From: Thermoplasmata archaeon
GTDB taxonomy: Archaea; Thermoplasmatota; Thermoplasmata; Thermoplasmatales; Thermoplasmataceae
Length of the DNA stretch: 64,000 bases
Assembly (NCBI GenBank): GCA_049965715.1
Contig: JBMFWA010000004.1
Coordinates: 30,081-94,080, forward strand
Direction of reading: 5' to 3'
The position numbers and the translations under genes were made by a program. Below, one piece after another: positions 9,265 through 18,942 of this stretch (the first letter of the stretch is position 1; the number at the start of each line of letters is the position of its first letter). The notes under the pieces are model-generated. The model was not told the origin of the DNA. It worked only from the letters and a program-made list of their open reading frames with translations, and searched no databases.

Positions 9265-9957
9265 TATGTTAAAACGTGTCTGCCTGTCAAGTGAGTGGCT
9301 AATTCGTGGCTCAGGAGATTCGAATTGCTTCCAGTGATGACCAGATTATAACCTTGCCTTTGCAGCCGATTTACGAAAAGTTCTCACCTGTCTAGATTTT
9401 GAATCTCATCAAGTAAGAGGTACTTGGGTCTTGAATAGATGGAATTCACTTCTTCTGTAACATCGTTGTAGTCACCCACATTAGCCAAGGTTTCGTCGTC
9501 ATAGTTTACGTAGCCGAACGTTCCCACCTGGCTTAGCGCGTGTATGGCGAAGAAAGACTTTCCTGCCCTTCTCGGGCCAATTATCACCTTTATCAGATCC
9601 GAGTCAGACCCGTTAATCATCTCCTTTCTTGCTATATATCTTTCCGCGAGCTTTGCTTCGAGTTCATTTTTCTGATGGATTAGCGAATCTCTGATAGACG
9701 TCATTAAATTTCTATTATTATGATGCATAAAACTTTAAAGATTTATGTATTAAGATTCAGAAAACGCCAATAACAATGATCAAGACCTATAATTCGTTTA
9801 AAACTGACAAAACACAATAGGAGGATTACAGCCAGTTACCGGGAGAGCACGAATGCAATGATCCAGCGCTCAAAACGCATTTTTCAGATCTGAAAGCTCT
9901 TTGTGGTTCATCAATAATTGATAGGTGGCTTACGGAAGTCTGGCACCATAAAAGGAA

Positions 9958-10419
9958 CTAGAGATACTTAATCATCGTAACTGCTGCTTCGTGATATCCC
10001 ATCTTGACATAGAGATTCCTCGCTACTGTGTTTGAGCCGAATACGTTGAGGGATATTCTCTCTACCCCTTCTTTTTTTATGAACTGCTCTAATGTTCTCA
10101 TTGCATCCGTTCCATATCCTTTTCCCCTGTAATTTTCGTTGATGATTATGTCCCAAAGATATGCCTCTCTTACTCCCCTGTCCCTTATCTCGAACCATAT
10201 GGAACCAACTGTTTCTTGGTCATTCATGATGTGCATCAGGTGATGTCCCGGCGTGTCTGTTCCGTCTGGAAGGAATTTCTTCGCGTATTCCTCTGCCTTC
10301 TCATATGAAATACCCTTTTCAATCAGGCCAGCGCTGTCCATATCCCGTTTCCACGAATCCACAGAATACTTCCAGTATGCTGAAAATTCATCCCTGCTCA
10401 TGGGCTTAAAATCTAACAT
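9958..10419 (-). CDS. GNAT family N-acetyltransferase
   Basis: Acetyl-CoA-binding motif YRGKGYGTDAMRTLEQF and NLYVKMGY are present. I chose the internal ATG at 10419 because the ORF-track start overlaps the tRNA gene; ATG 10401 is also possible. Confidence 0.8.
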   Translation of the reverse strand: MLDFKPMSRDEFSAYWKYSVDSWKRDMDSAGLIEKGISYEKAEEYAKKFLPDGTDTPGHHLMHIMNDQETVGSIWFEIRDRGVREAYLWDIIINENYRGKGYGTDAMRTLEQFIKKEGVERISLNVFGSNTVARNLYVKMGYHEAAVTMIKYL

Positions 10420-10466
10420 CGAAACTCTATCCAGACAGCCAATATAGAAATTTCTTGTTAGAATCA

Positions 10467-10541
10467 TGGGGCTGACCGGATTCGAACCGGTGACCTCCCG
10501 GTTATCAGCCGGGTGCTCAAACCAAGCTAAGCTACAACCCC
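10467..10541 (-). tRNA. trnI-GAU: tRNA-Ile, anticodon GAU
   Basis: I folded the 75-nt cloverleaf by hand. Acceptor is GGGGUUG/CAGCCCC, anticodon stem CCCGG/CCGGG with loop CUGAUAA, T-arm ACCGG-UUCGAAU-CCGGU, discriminator A. There is no intron and no encoded CCA. Confidence 0.9.
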
Positions 10542-10589
10542 CTGTGAATGCCGGCTGTCATCTTTCAAATTATAATAAATGTTTCCTGT

Positions 10590-11525
10590 TCAATTCCTTT
10601 TCAGCCCATCCCTTGCCTTCAGCCATTCCATATCCCTGCATACTGCACAAAGCCCCTCTGTGGTCGGGGAACCGCAAATGGTGCAAGGCTTCAGGGCGCC
10701 TGAATCATTCTTCACCATAATCATATCCCTGATACCTTCATAGAAGTTCATTATGGCATGTCTTGTGCCAGGGCTTCTCTCCTCCAGCGTACTGATAACA
10801 TCGCGGAATGTATTGCGGTGAGCCTTGGCATAATAGGGGCACCAGCTCGAATCGAACCCGATGCCCTTTATCATTGCGTAGATCACGACTTCCCTTTCAG
10901 GTATTGATCTGAGCGGCACGATCCTTGGAGTCAGACCATCCAGCGATCTGGAATGTGGCGCCAGCCTTGCCATTCTCGCAATATCCCCTTTCGCGACGTT
11001 CATAAGAATTGACTGTGAATAATCATCAAGGTTGATTCCCAGGGCAACGTAGTCCGCATGCTGTTTCTCGGAAGCCTCGTTCATAATCTGTCTCCTCATT
11101 GGTCCACAGTGGGCGCATGGAATTCCATCCGGGTCGATCTTAACGATCTCATCCATTGTGTAACCATTCCTCTCTCGAAACGATATGACTGTATGATCCA
11201 CGCCGAGATCACTGCACAGTTTCTTTGCAGATTCCAGTCCACTGTTCCTGTATCCGGCGATGCCCTCATCTATGGTGAACGCTGTTATTGTTACATTCTT
11301 CCAGGCTGCATAGAATTTTTTGAGCACGTACAGGGTCACCGAAGAATCCTTCCCGCCGGAGATTGCGACAGAAATCTTTCCCGTTTTTTTAGGGAAATGA
11401 ACCTGCTTCCTCAGCTCTCTCTTCACACGCCTTTCAAAGAAATCGACAAAATGCTCGCTGCAAAGGGCTGAACTGTTGTACTTTATCTCAATAATGGCAT
11501 CCCTGTTGCACAATGAACACTTCAT
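10590..11525 (-). CDS. PP-loop ATPase of the TtuA/NcsA (Ncs6) tRNA 2-thiolation family
   Basis: N-terminal CxxC...CxxH zinc finger, PP-loop SGGKDS, and C-terminal CTICGSP..GLCAVC zinc finger. At 311 aa it is typical for the family. Confidence 0.8.
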   Translation of the reverse strand: MKCSLCNRDAIIEIKYNSSALCSEHFVDFFERRVKRELRKQVHFPKKTGKISVAISGGKDSSVTLYVLKKFYAAWKNVTITAFTIDEGIAGYRNSGLESAKKLCSDLGVDHTVISFRERNGYTMDEIVKIDPDGIPCAHCGPMRRQIMNEASEKQHADYVALGINLDDYSQSILMNVAKGDIARMARLAPHSRSLDGLTPRIVPLRSIPEREVVIYAMIKGIGFDSSWCPYYAKAHRNTFRDVISTLEERSPGTRHAIMNFYEGIRDMIMVKNDSGALKPCTICGSPTTEGLCAVCRDMEWLKARDGLKRN

Positions 11526-11576
11526 GAATAATTCCAGTGGCAGATTTCATTCTTGTTCTAATACATTAAGACCCGA

Positions 11577-13373
11577 TCATTCAACCAGAGAGACCTGGAC
11601 GCTCTTACCGCTCTTCATGGCGTTGTATATAGCTGTTCCAGCGTCGTTTTCCATTCTGATTCTGATTATACCCTTGCTGGATGTTCTGGCAGTAAGCACC
11701 GGGATACCATCGATGAAAACCCGGGCATTCTGGTTGGGGACCCCGACATCAATATATATCAGCCTGTTTTTTACCTCGAGAACAGCAGGAAGGAAATCGC
11801 CATCCCTTTTTTCAGGTTCCATAGGTTCCACTTCGAGCTTGATCCCAAGAGCCGATTCTATTTCTGATATAGTGGATCCTTTCCTGCCGATGAGCCTTGC
11901 AATCTTATCCTCACTCACCTGAACTATGGCCTTTGAGTCGCTTATGAGCTTGACCTTGACTTCCCTGATGCCGGTGAACCTTGTGATCTCCTCCTCGATC
12001 TTGTGTATGGCCAGTTCACTGAGAGGCTTCTGATCCCCATGCTTGGATATTGGCATCACAACAACCTGTTCACCATATGTGTATATCTCAAATTTCTCCT
12101 CTCCGGTGAAGAATTCCCTTATCACAATGACCGGTCTTGCAAGATCTTCCTGGCTCATTCCTGTAGGTACCTTGACAACATGCTCAGTGGTCATCACCTG
12201 AACAACCTTTCCCCCGTCAATATAGAGGATTGTATCCACAACCTGCGGAATAAGGCCAAGTTCTATTCTACCGATAAACCTCTGAATGGCATCAACGGGC
12301 CTCGTGGCATGAACCACGCCAATCATTCCCACTCCGGACAGCCTCAGGTCTGAATAAACCTTGAAATCAGAGGTTATCCTCATCTCATCAAATATTGTAT
12401 AGTCTGTCCTTACAAGGAGAATAATGTCGCCGGTTTTCTCCATGGAGTTTTCAAGTGCAGTGTACTGGGTGATATCCCTGCTCACCTGAAGGTCTCTCGG
12501 GTTTTCCATTGTCTTCACGATATTCCCCAGTCCGCTGAGATGCTCTGCCAGAGCCTGCACAAAAGTGCTCTTTCCGGCTCCCGGAGAGCCTGCCACAAGT
12601 ATGCCGAACGCAGATTTTTCAAACCTTTCGATCAATCTGGGATCCAGCCCGTATTCATTGAGCGTGAGCTTCTTTATGGGCTTGACCGCGGTGATCTCAA
12701 TCTCATCTGAGAAGGGAGGCCTTGTTATGACGATCCTGATATCCTTCAGCTGGATGACTGTCGCTCCGTACATATCCATCTCTATGAATGATTCCCCCTC
12801 CTGTCTTCCTCTCTTGACTATGTTGCTCGCAACATTCTCTATGTCATGTATGTTGATCTCGTAATCCAGTCTTTCAAGCCTGTACTGTCCCGGAAGACCT
12901 CTTTTCACCATAGGCTTCATGTTTGCCTTGAGATGTACGGAGGAAGTGATCTCGTCAAAGAAATCCTCTATCTCTCTGACCGATGTCTTTGGAGGTTCCA
13001 AAAACTTGACGGTTATTCCCTTTATTGTGGCAATCTCTCTCTGAATGTTATCGCCCGTCACCAGGATGGCATCGTTCTCCATGGCCACCTGCCGGATCAG
13101 TTCGTCTATCTCTCCGCTTTTGGCGCGCTTTATCTGCCACTCAGTCGGTCTCTTTCCATAAAATTCAAGATATATTCTATCCTTATTCGCAAGATCCCTC
13201 AGAACCTTCAGTTCCTGCAGGGCGGCAAATCCGATAGATCGCCCCTCATTGGCCTGATGCTCAACCTCAGCTATCATGGCCTCGGGCAGTATCACCTTCT
13301 CACCTTCCTGCTTTTTGATGAAACTTGTAAATCTGCCGTCTACTATAACCGATGTGTCTGGAACAAATGTCAC
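11577..13373 (-). CDS. PIN domain + PilT-like ATPase + KH domain protein (archaeal COG1855-type)
   Basis: N-terminal PIN-like segment (VPDTSVIVDG), Walker A GSPGAGKST, and a C-terminal KH motif (IGRKGSTISEIE). Confidence 0.8.
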   Translation of the reverse strand: MTFVPDTSVIVDGRFTSFIKKQEGEKVILPEAMIAEVEHQANEGRSIGFAALQELKVLRDLANKDRIYLEFYGKRPTEWQIKRAKSGEIDELIRQVAMENDAILVTGDNIQREIATIKGITVKFLEPPKTSVREIEDFFDEITSSVHLKANMKPMVKRGLPGQYRLERLDYEINIHDIENVASNIVKRGRQEGESFIEMDMYGATVIQLKDIRIVITRPPFSDEIEITAVKPIKKLTLNEYGLDPRLIERFEKSAFGILVAGSPGAGKSTFVQALAEHLSGLGNIVKTMENPRDLQVSRDITQYTALENSMEKTGDIILLVRTDYTIFDEMRITSDFKVYSDLRLSGVGMIGVVHATRPVDAIQRFIGRIELGLIPQVVDTILYIDGGKVVQVMTTEHVVKVPTGMSQEDLARPVIVIREFFTGEEKFEIYTYGEQVVVMPISKHGDQKPLSELAIHKIEEEITRFTGIREVKVKLISDSKAIVQVSEDKIARLIGRKGSTISEIESALGIKLEVEPMEPEKRDGDFLPAVLEVKNRLIYIDVGVPNQNARVFIDGIPVLTARTSSKGIIRIRMENDAGTAIYNAMKSGKSVQVSLVE

Positions 13374-13394
13374 GCATTTGAAATCAGCAATTGG

Positions 13395-13404
13395 TATTTA
13401 AATA
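13395..13404 (+). promoter_or_regulatory. TATA-like box (TATTTAAATA)
   Basis: Lies 31 nt upstream of the TTG at 13426, consistent with a leaderless start. Sits in the divergent region shared with the PIN-ATPase gene. Confidence 0.4.
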
Positions 13405-13425
13405 ATAATAGGCAATCCATGGACA

Positions 13426-14163
13426 TTGATAGAAAAGAGTGATCTCATTGAGATGATATTCATTATCAAGGAGCGTCTGATGGAAGCTCCTCCAAATTCT
13501 GCAATGGCTTATTCTGGAGGACTGGACAGCTCAGTTCTGATGTATCTGGGAAAGAACAGGTTTCATGCTTATACAACAGGATTTCCCGGATCTCCTGATC
13601 TGGTGAACAGCATCGCAAACTCGTCAATTCTGGGATTCACTCCCACCCAGATCATTCTTGATGATTCCATGATGCAGGAGGCAGTGGGCGCAATCAGGAA
13701 AATAGACCCCACAATATCCATGCATGAGCTTGGTTATGAGTCGGTGCTTTATCTCGTTTTAAAGAACATAGAAGAGGACCTGCTGGTCACCGGGCAGGGG
13801 GCCGATGAAATATTCTTTGGATACAGGAGACTCATCAATTCGCCTTCACCGGACAACTCAATGGATCTGAAGAGGCTGTTTGACGTAACTCTCAAGAGGG
13901 AGGAGAAGATTGCATCATCACTGGGCAAGAAACTCCTTACTCCATATACGGACAGGAGACTGGTAGAGCTGGCATCCATGATCCGTCCAATCGATCACGT
14001 CGACAGCGTTCAGGGAAAGCTCGTGCTGCGGGAACTTGCCAGGCTCGCCGGAATAGACAGGAGAGTCTATTCAATAAGCAAGAAAGCTGCCCAGTATGGG
14101 TCGGGCACTGAAAAATGGATAAGAAAACACATCGACTTACCTGAAAAAATAGAACAAAGCTGA
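13426..14163 (+). CDS. Asparagine synthase C-terminal-domain-like PP-loop ATP pyrophosphatase
   Basis: Has SGGLDSS PP-loop and the QGADEIFFGY motif. The start is ambiguous: TTG 13426, or ATG 13453/13480. Confidence 0.7.
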   Translation: MIEKSDLIEMIFIIKERLMEAPPNSAMAYSGGLDSSVLMYLGKNRFHAYTTGFPGSPDLVNSIANSSILGFTPTQIILDDSMMQEAVGAIRKIDPTISMHELGYESVLYLVLKNIEEDLLVTGQGADEIFFGYRRLINSPSPDNSMDLKRLFDVTLKREEKIASSLGKKLLTPYTDRRLVELASMIRPIDHVDSVQGKLVLRELARLAGIDRRVYSISKKAAQYGSGTEKWIRKHIDLPEKIEQS

Positions 14164-14177
14164 GCAGGTGAAATCCG

Positions 14178-14564
14178 ATGAATGAGAAAGAAGAAAGGAA
14201 GCGTAGAAACAGAACAAAGGCATGTATGTTCACTTACGGTGGCCAGACTGTTTGTGTTGATCCTTCCCTTCCGCTTTTCAATCTGCTTGGAAAAAAAGAT
14301 TCAATTCTGATCATCGGGGTCATCGGAAACAGATCAGGAAAGAACAACTTCAATGAGATACTCGCAGATATTCCAGGTTCAAGCACTACATTGATCTCAA
14401 GGAGGATCAAGGAGTTCATCGCTGCTGGAATAGTATCCAGGAACGAATCAGAAGAAGGAATAACATATGCTTTAACCCCATTTGGAGAAACCATCAGGGA
14501 ATCTCTGCTTCCACTACTGAAGATCCTTGATAAAATCGATTCACAAGCCGTTAAACGTCAGTGA
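14178..14564 (+). CDS. HxlR-type winged-helix transcriptional regulator
   Basis: Pattern C..DPSL.LF.LLGKK..L.II..I......FNEIL..IPG.S...LS.R.KE....G...R is typical of HxlR. Confidence 0.65.
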   Translation: MNEKEERKRRNRTKACMFTYGGQTVCVDPSLPLFNLLGKKDSILIIGVIGNRSGKNNFNEILADIPGSSTTLISRRIKEFIAAGIVSRNESEEGITYALTPFGETIRESLLPLLKILDKIDSQAVKRQ

Positions 14565-14610
14565 TATGAAACAAGATCCACAGAATTGAAGTGCTGGGAA
14601 TCGTGGCGAA

Positions 14611-15795
14611 TTATATTTTTATTCTTGAAAGGGACTTGAATCTGGAGATTAAAACAGAAACTGCAAAGAGTCCGCCTGCCATGACAAAGAACACGTAGGG
14701 TGGAAAAGTCACTGCCATTACAATTCCAGCGATCATGCCGGACACAGAGTTGAAGGACGTTCCCAAAGTATCCATTGCACCTTGAACCGTGCCCATGCGT
14801 TCCCTAGTCACATTTCCAAACAGAACCGAGGAAATTATTGGCGAAGACATTCCAGAGAAGAGACCCGCAAAAAAGAAAATAACAATGAAGAGATAAATAT
14901 TCACGAAAACTCCAAGGAATATGAACGCAGCTGCACTTACGGCATAGATTGCCATAAGTTTTCTTCCTACCATATTAATCTCTTTCATCCTTGAAATCAA
15001 TGAAGATCCAACTATTCCGCCAGAAGAGATCGACAGCAGCGCGAAACTTAGGTAGGAAGAATTCAACTCGAAGACCTGATCAGTCATGACAGCAGAAGCA
15101 GCATCGGTCATGCCCCAGAATAAAGACGAGACTGCAGAAACCGCTACTATACTCAAAATAATGATGTTGCTGCGTATGTAGGCGAAACCGTCCTTCAGGA
15201 CCTTACTGAACTTCTCTGTCTTTACCCTTATTTCCCTGACATCCGTAATCAGCAATATGGGCAGGATTGACAAAAGATAAAGAATTATGATGATGACAAT
15301 GGCAAGACGAACGTCGTAAAGCACAATTGCGGCCGATACAATGAAGCCTGAAAGCCCCGCCGTTCTGGAAACTATGCTGGCCACTGACATTCCCTTGAGA
15401 TAGACCTGCCTTTTCATGAATCTCTGCGCCCATATGGCCCTGATCGGGACAAGTATATCCTTCGAGATTCCGAAGATGATGGCAGAAAGAAACAGAAGTA
15501 TTACCTCTTCACTGATGGAATGAATGAACAGTACTGGAATAAGGAAAAGTGCTGCCAGTGATTTCATGATTGGCGATGAAACTGCATACAGCTTTTTTCT
15601 TGGTGTTCTGTCAATTGCAGCACCGACAATAAAACTGAACAGAAGAGGAAGGGTGAGAAATGCGCTTGTGAACCCGGTCACAACAGCAGATCCTGTATAA
15701 ACAATGGCAATCCACAGAATCAGGACAGTGAATATAGAGGTCGAGAACGTTGATATACCCACATCTGCCATAATCAGCTTAAAATTTCTGCTCAT
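14611..15795 (-). CDS. MFS transporter
   Basis: 394 aa, about 12 TM. MFS-like loop motif (AIDRTPRKK) lies between TM2 and TM3. Confidence 0.75.
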   Translation of the reverse strand: MSRNFKLIMADVGISTFSTSIFTVLILWIAIVYTGSAVVTGFTSAFLTLPLLFSFIVGAAIDRTPRKKLYAVSSPIMKSLAALFLIPVLFIHSISEEVILLFLSAIIFGISKDILVPIRAIWAQRFMKRQVYLKGMSVASIVSRTAGLSGFIVSAAIVLYDVRLAIVIIIILYLLSILPILLITDVREIRVKTEKFSKVLKDGFAYIRSNIIILSIVAVSAVSSLFWGMTDAASAVMTDQVFELNSSYLSFALLSISSGGIVGSSLISRMKEINMVGRKLMAIYAVSAAAFIFLGVFVNIYLFIVIFFFAGLFSGMSSPIISSVLFGNVTRERMGTVQGAMDTLGTSFNSVSGMIAGIVMAVTFPPYVFFVMAGGLFAVSVLISRFKSLSRIKI

Positions 15796-16136
15796 TTTCC
15801 CGGTATCCTGGTTCAGCGTTACCCTTCCCCCTCTATTATTCTGGGCGATGAACTACAATATCCGATATTATCATTGTATTCCCGGGGGCCTTAGGCTCTA
15901 AACGTTGCCAACCCGTATTTCGCAAAAAATGGCATTTGATTTAAATTTTTGCCTAAACAGATAAACTCTGATCCCTGCACATAAGAGGGCTGATGTCCAC
16001 AAACGCAGTCAAAAACGTGTTCTGAGCAAGAATATACATGGAAAATCCGCAAGGCTTTGACACTACAATCTCTTTAAATAACATCAACCAATTAAGGTTT
16101 AGTTTTAAACGTGAAATTTCCAAAGTGATACAAAAA

Positions 16137-16910
16137 ATGGCAAAGATAGGAATTATTGGTGGCAGTGGCTTATATGACCTGCTGCAGGATGGCAAATCAG
16201 TTGAGGTAAAGACACCTTTCGGGAAACCCTCTGAGAATCCTCAGGTGGGAAGCATCCACGGGAAAGAGGTTGTTTTCATTCCAAGACATGGAAAGAAACA
16301 CCAGTATCCTCCGCATATGGTGAATTACAGGGCTAATATTTGGGCCCTCGAAAGTTTGGGTGTTGAAAGAGTAATTACCCTCAACGCAGTAGGATCTCTG
16401 AAGGAGTCTTACAAGCCAGGAGACATAGTTATGCCGGATCAGTTCATTGATTTCACAAGGAGAAGAGATCTCACTTTTTATGACGGACCAGAAGTCTATC
16501 ATATTTCTGCAGCAGATCCTTTCTGTCCCGAGATCAATGAAATATCTTATAACAAGGCAAAAAGTCTTGGCTTCAGGGTCCATCAGGCTGGAACTTATGT
16601 ATGTATTGAAGGTCCAAGGTTTTCGACCAGGGCAGAATCAAAGATGTTCAGGAATTATGCCGATATCATCGGCATGACCCTTGTACCGGAGATTAACCTT
16701 GCGCTGGAAAAAGCCATGTGCTATTCAACCATTGCAACCATAACCGATTTTGATGTCTGGGCTGACACACCCGTCGATGCATCCGAAGTGATGAAGATAA
16801 TGAAGGAGAACGAGGAAAAAGTCTCGAAACTGCTTTATGAAATCATCCCGGAAGTTGCCAGAGAAAGGAAGTGCAGCTGCAAGTATCGTCTGGAAAACGC
16901 TAAAGCATGA
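16137..16910 (+). CDS. mtnP: S-methyl-5'-thioadenosine phosphorylase (PNP/MTAP family)
   Basis: [16 protein letters not shown]-terminus, plus FIPRHG..H..PPH.VNYRANI.AL...GV and GPRFST.AES motifs. I chose the start at the internal ATG. Confidence 0.85.
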   Translation: MAKIGIIGGSGLYDLLQDGKSVEVKTPFGKPSENPQVGSIHGKEVVFIPRHGKKHQYPPHMVNYRANIWALESLGVERVITLNAVGSLKESYKPGDIVMPDQFIDFTRRRDLTFYDGPEVYHISAADPFCPEINEISYNKAKSLGFRVHQAGTYVCIEGPRFSTRAESKMFRNYADIIGMTLVPEINLALEKAMCYSTIATITDFDVWADTPVDASEVMKIMKENEEKVSKLLYEIIPEVARERKCSCKYRLENAKA

Positions 16911-16919
16911 GGTAAATAA

Positions 16920-18143
16920 ATGAAAATAAAATTTTTGGGCGGGGCCGAAGAAGTAGGAAGGCTCGCCGTGAAAATAGAAGAAAAGAACAGCTCGGTAATG
17001 GTAGATTATGGAGTGGTGCCAGACAAGCCACCGAAATATCCAATGCCACCTGAAAAGGTGGACGGACTTTTCCTTACGCATGCTCACCTTGACCACTGCG
17101 GTGGCCTGCCAATGTATTACCATTCTCTTGACGCGAAGTTTTACTCTACGATACTGACAGCAAACAGCATCAAGCCGCTCCTTCTGGATTCGCTTAAGAT
17201 TGCAGGGCTGGAAGGTTATCCGCAGATGTTCAACTCCGATGATGTGTCGATGCTCTACGACCACTTCAATGAAGCGGTTTATGGAGAACAGTTTGATCTG
17301 GGGGACTTCAGGGTCACTCCGCAATCTGCCGGGCATATCCCCGGTTCAACAATGTGGAAATTTGAGAATTCCCAGAGCGTCATGGTCACTGGTGATATAT
17401 ATACAAGAGATACAATGCTCCTGAACGGTGCAAAACCTACAAAGGCCGACATACTGGTGATTGAAAGCACCTATGCAGGCAAGAACCATGAGGAAAGGGG
17501 CCAGGTAATCTCAAGACTGAAATCGAGAATAGCTGAAGTGGTGGACGATGGCGGAAAGGTAATACTCCCGACTTTTGCTGTTGGGAGAACGCAGGAACTC
17601 GCAATGATACTTGCCGATACCGGTTATGACATCAGCGTTGATGGAATGGGAAACAGCATAACGGACATCTACATGCACACAAACGGATTTCTGAGGTCGA
17701 ACAGCGAATTCCTCAAGAACATCAAGAAGACAAGGAAGATCAAGGGATGGAGGATGAGGGAAAGGGCACTTGACAGTGACATCATAATAACCACTTCAGG
17801 AATGCTGGACGGAGGACCGGTTCTGGGATATATAGACAAGCTTCAGAACGATACAAAGAGTGCAATATTTCTGACCGGTTACCAGGTTGAAAACACCAAC
17901 GGAAGATCACTTCTCGAGAATGGTACCATGAAAATTGCAGGTGTCAGCGTGAAACCCCAGATGAAGGTCGACTTCTTTGATCTTTCTGCACATGCAGGGC
18001 ATGACGATCTCATAAGGTTCATAAAGGATGTTGACCCGCAGAAAGTCATACTGTGCCACGGTGAAAAGAGGGAAGAACTGCTGCATGACCTGGATGGTTA
18101 TGACGTGATGCTTCCGATGAACGGGCACGAATTTACGGCCTAA
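16920..18143 (+). CDS. Metallo-beta-lactamase / beta-CASP family RNase (short archaeal aCPSF2-like form)
   Basis: HAHLDHCGG motif, and beta-CASP-type C-terminal motifs (SAHAGHDDL, ILCHGE). 407 aa. Confidence 0.8.
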   Translation: MKIKFLGGAEEVGRLAVKIEEKNSSVMVDYGVVPDKPPKYPMPPEKVDGLFLTHAHLDHCGGLPMYYHSLDAKFYSTILTANSIKPLLLDSLKIAGLEGYPQMFNSDDVSMLYDHFNEAVYGEQFDLGDFRVTPQSAGHIPGSTMWKFENSQSVMVTGDIYTRDTMLLNGAKPTKADILVIESTYAGKNHEERGQVISRLKSRIAEVVDDGGKVILPTFAVGRTQELAMILADTGYDISVDGMGNSITDIYMHTNGFLRSNSEFLKNIKKTRKIKGWRMRERALDSDIIITTSGMLDGGPVLGYIDKLQNDTKSAIFLTGYQVENTNGRSLLENGTMKIAGVSVKPQMKVDFFDLSAHAGHDDLIRFIKDVDPQKVILCHGEKREELLHDLDGYDVMLPMNGHEFTA

Positions 18144-18189
18144 AGCCCTGAATTTACCACATTTTAAATTTTTCTGCGTAATACACCCG

Positions 18190-18915
18190 ATGAAAATGTC
18201 CGGAACGAAAGTAATTTTTTTCGACCTTGACGACACCCTTTTTGACTATACCAATTCCAGGCACACAGCATTTCTCGCAGTGAAAAGGAAGTTCAGCGAA
18301 CTTTCGGACGCATCCATTGAGGATCTGGATTCATTATGGACGAAGTACTGGTACGAACTGCTGCCGACAGCGGTGATCCGGGATTCCTCTGTAATCATGC
18401 GCATGAGGAGGGAGAGACTCAGACTGATCTTCAGGGACTACGGCACAGATCTGAACGAACGGGAAATGGAAAATGTCATGAGGACTTATTCAGAAAATTA
18501 TGACAACAGCATCTCTCAGGTAACTGGTGCGGGGGACCTTTTAAAGAAAATAAAAGCAAGCGGTATTTCCGTGGGTGTTATAACAAACAATCCATTGGAG
18601 GGCCAGAAAAAAAAGCTGAAGAAATGCGGGATTGAAGATTATGTCGATATTCTGGTCTGTTCGGGCGAGGTTGGGTATTCAAAACCTGATCCAAGGATAT
18701 TCGGTCTTTCCATGAACAGGATCGGAACCAGCCCGGAGGAATCTGTCATGATTGGCGATTCCTGGGAATACGATATCGTTGGAGCAATGAATTCCGGATT
18801 AAGGGCTGTATGGCTCAACAGATTTAACCTCAACAGACCTGAGATATCAGCGGATGTGATCGAAATCAAATCATACGTACCGCCTGAAACGGTACTGGAA
18901 AAATTGGGAATATAG
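18190..18915 (+). CDS. HAD-superfamily hydrolase (subfamily IA)
   Basis: Motif I FFDLDDTLFD, motif II VITNN, and motifs III/IV K....GDSWEYD. Confidence 0.8.
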   Translation: MKMSGTKVIFFDLDDTLFDYTNSRHTAFLAVKRKFSELSDASIEDLDSLWTKYWYELLPTAVIRDSSVIMRMRRERLRLIFRDYGTDLNEREMENVMRTYSENYDNSISQVTGAGDLLKKIKASGISVGVITNNPLEGQKKKLKKCGIEDYVDILVCSGEVGYSKPDPRIFGLSMNRIGTSPEESVMIGDSWEYDIVGAMNSGLRAVWLNRFNLNRPEISADVIEIKSYVPPETVLEKLGI

Positions 18916-18942
18916 GGTTTGTCAGCAACAAGGGGCCCCGGT

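Larger units (their letters stand above)
8178..9728 (-). pseudogene. Disrupted AAA ATPase (AAA_14 + DUF4143 architecture, COG1373-like)
   Basis: The N-terminal part (9728..9387) has Walker A GPRRAGKS and Walker B LLLDEIQ and ends in TGA at 9386..9384. The same frame then reads ELFVNRLQRQGYNLVITGSNSNLLSHELATHLTGRH. This is followed by about 230 nt full of stops. The C-terminal 285-aa ORF resumes with ...RILPLSYLEI...YLINGGYPEPF. Confidence 0.75.

Noticed and set aside
9384-9386. TGA recoding (selenocysteine or Trp) in the ATPase gene.
   Set aside because: I saw no SECIS-like context. TGA is used as an ordinary stop by many confident genes in this window, including ABCE1. The gene also carries a large non-coding interruption, so pseudogenisation is the simpler explanation.
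9923-9932. Exact 10-mer AGGTGGCTTA shared in inverted orientation with 9102-9111, adjacent to GGAAGTC. It tempted me as a third copy of the element.
   Set aside because: About 25-30 exact 10-mer matches between a 230-nt query and both strands of 64 kb are expected by chance. No extended similarity surrounds it.
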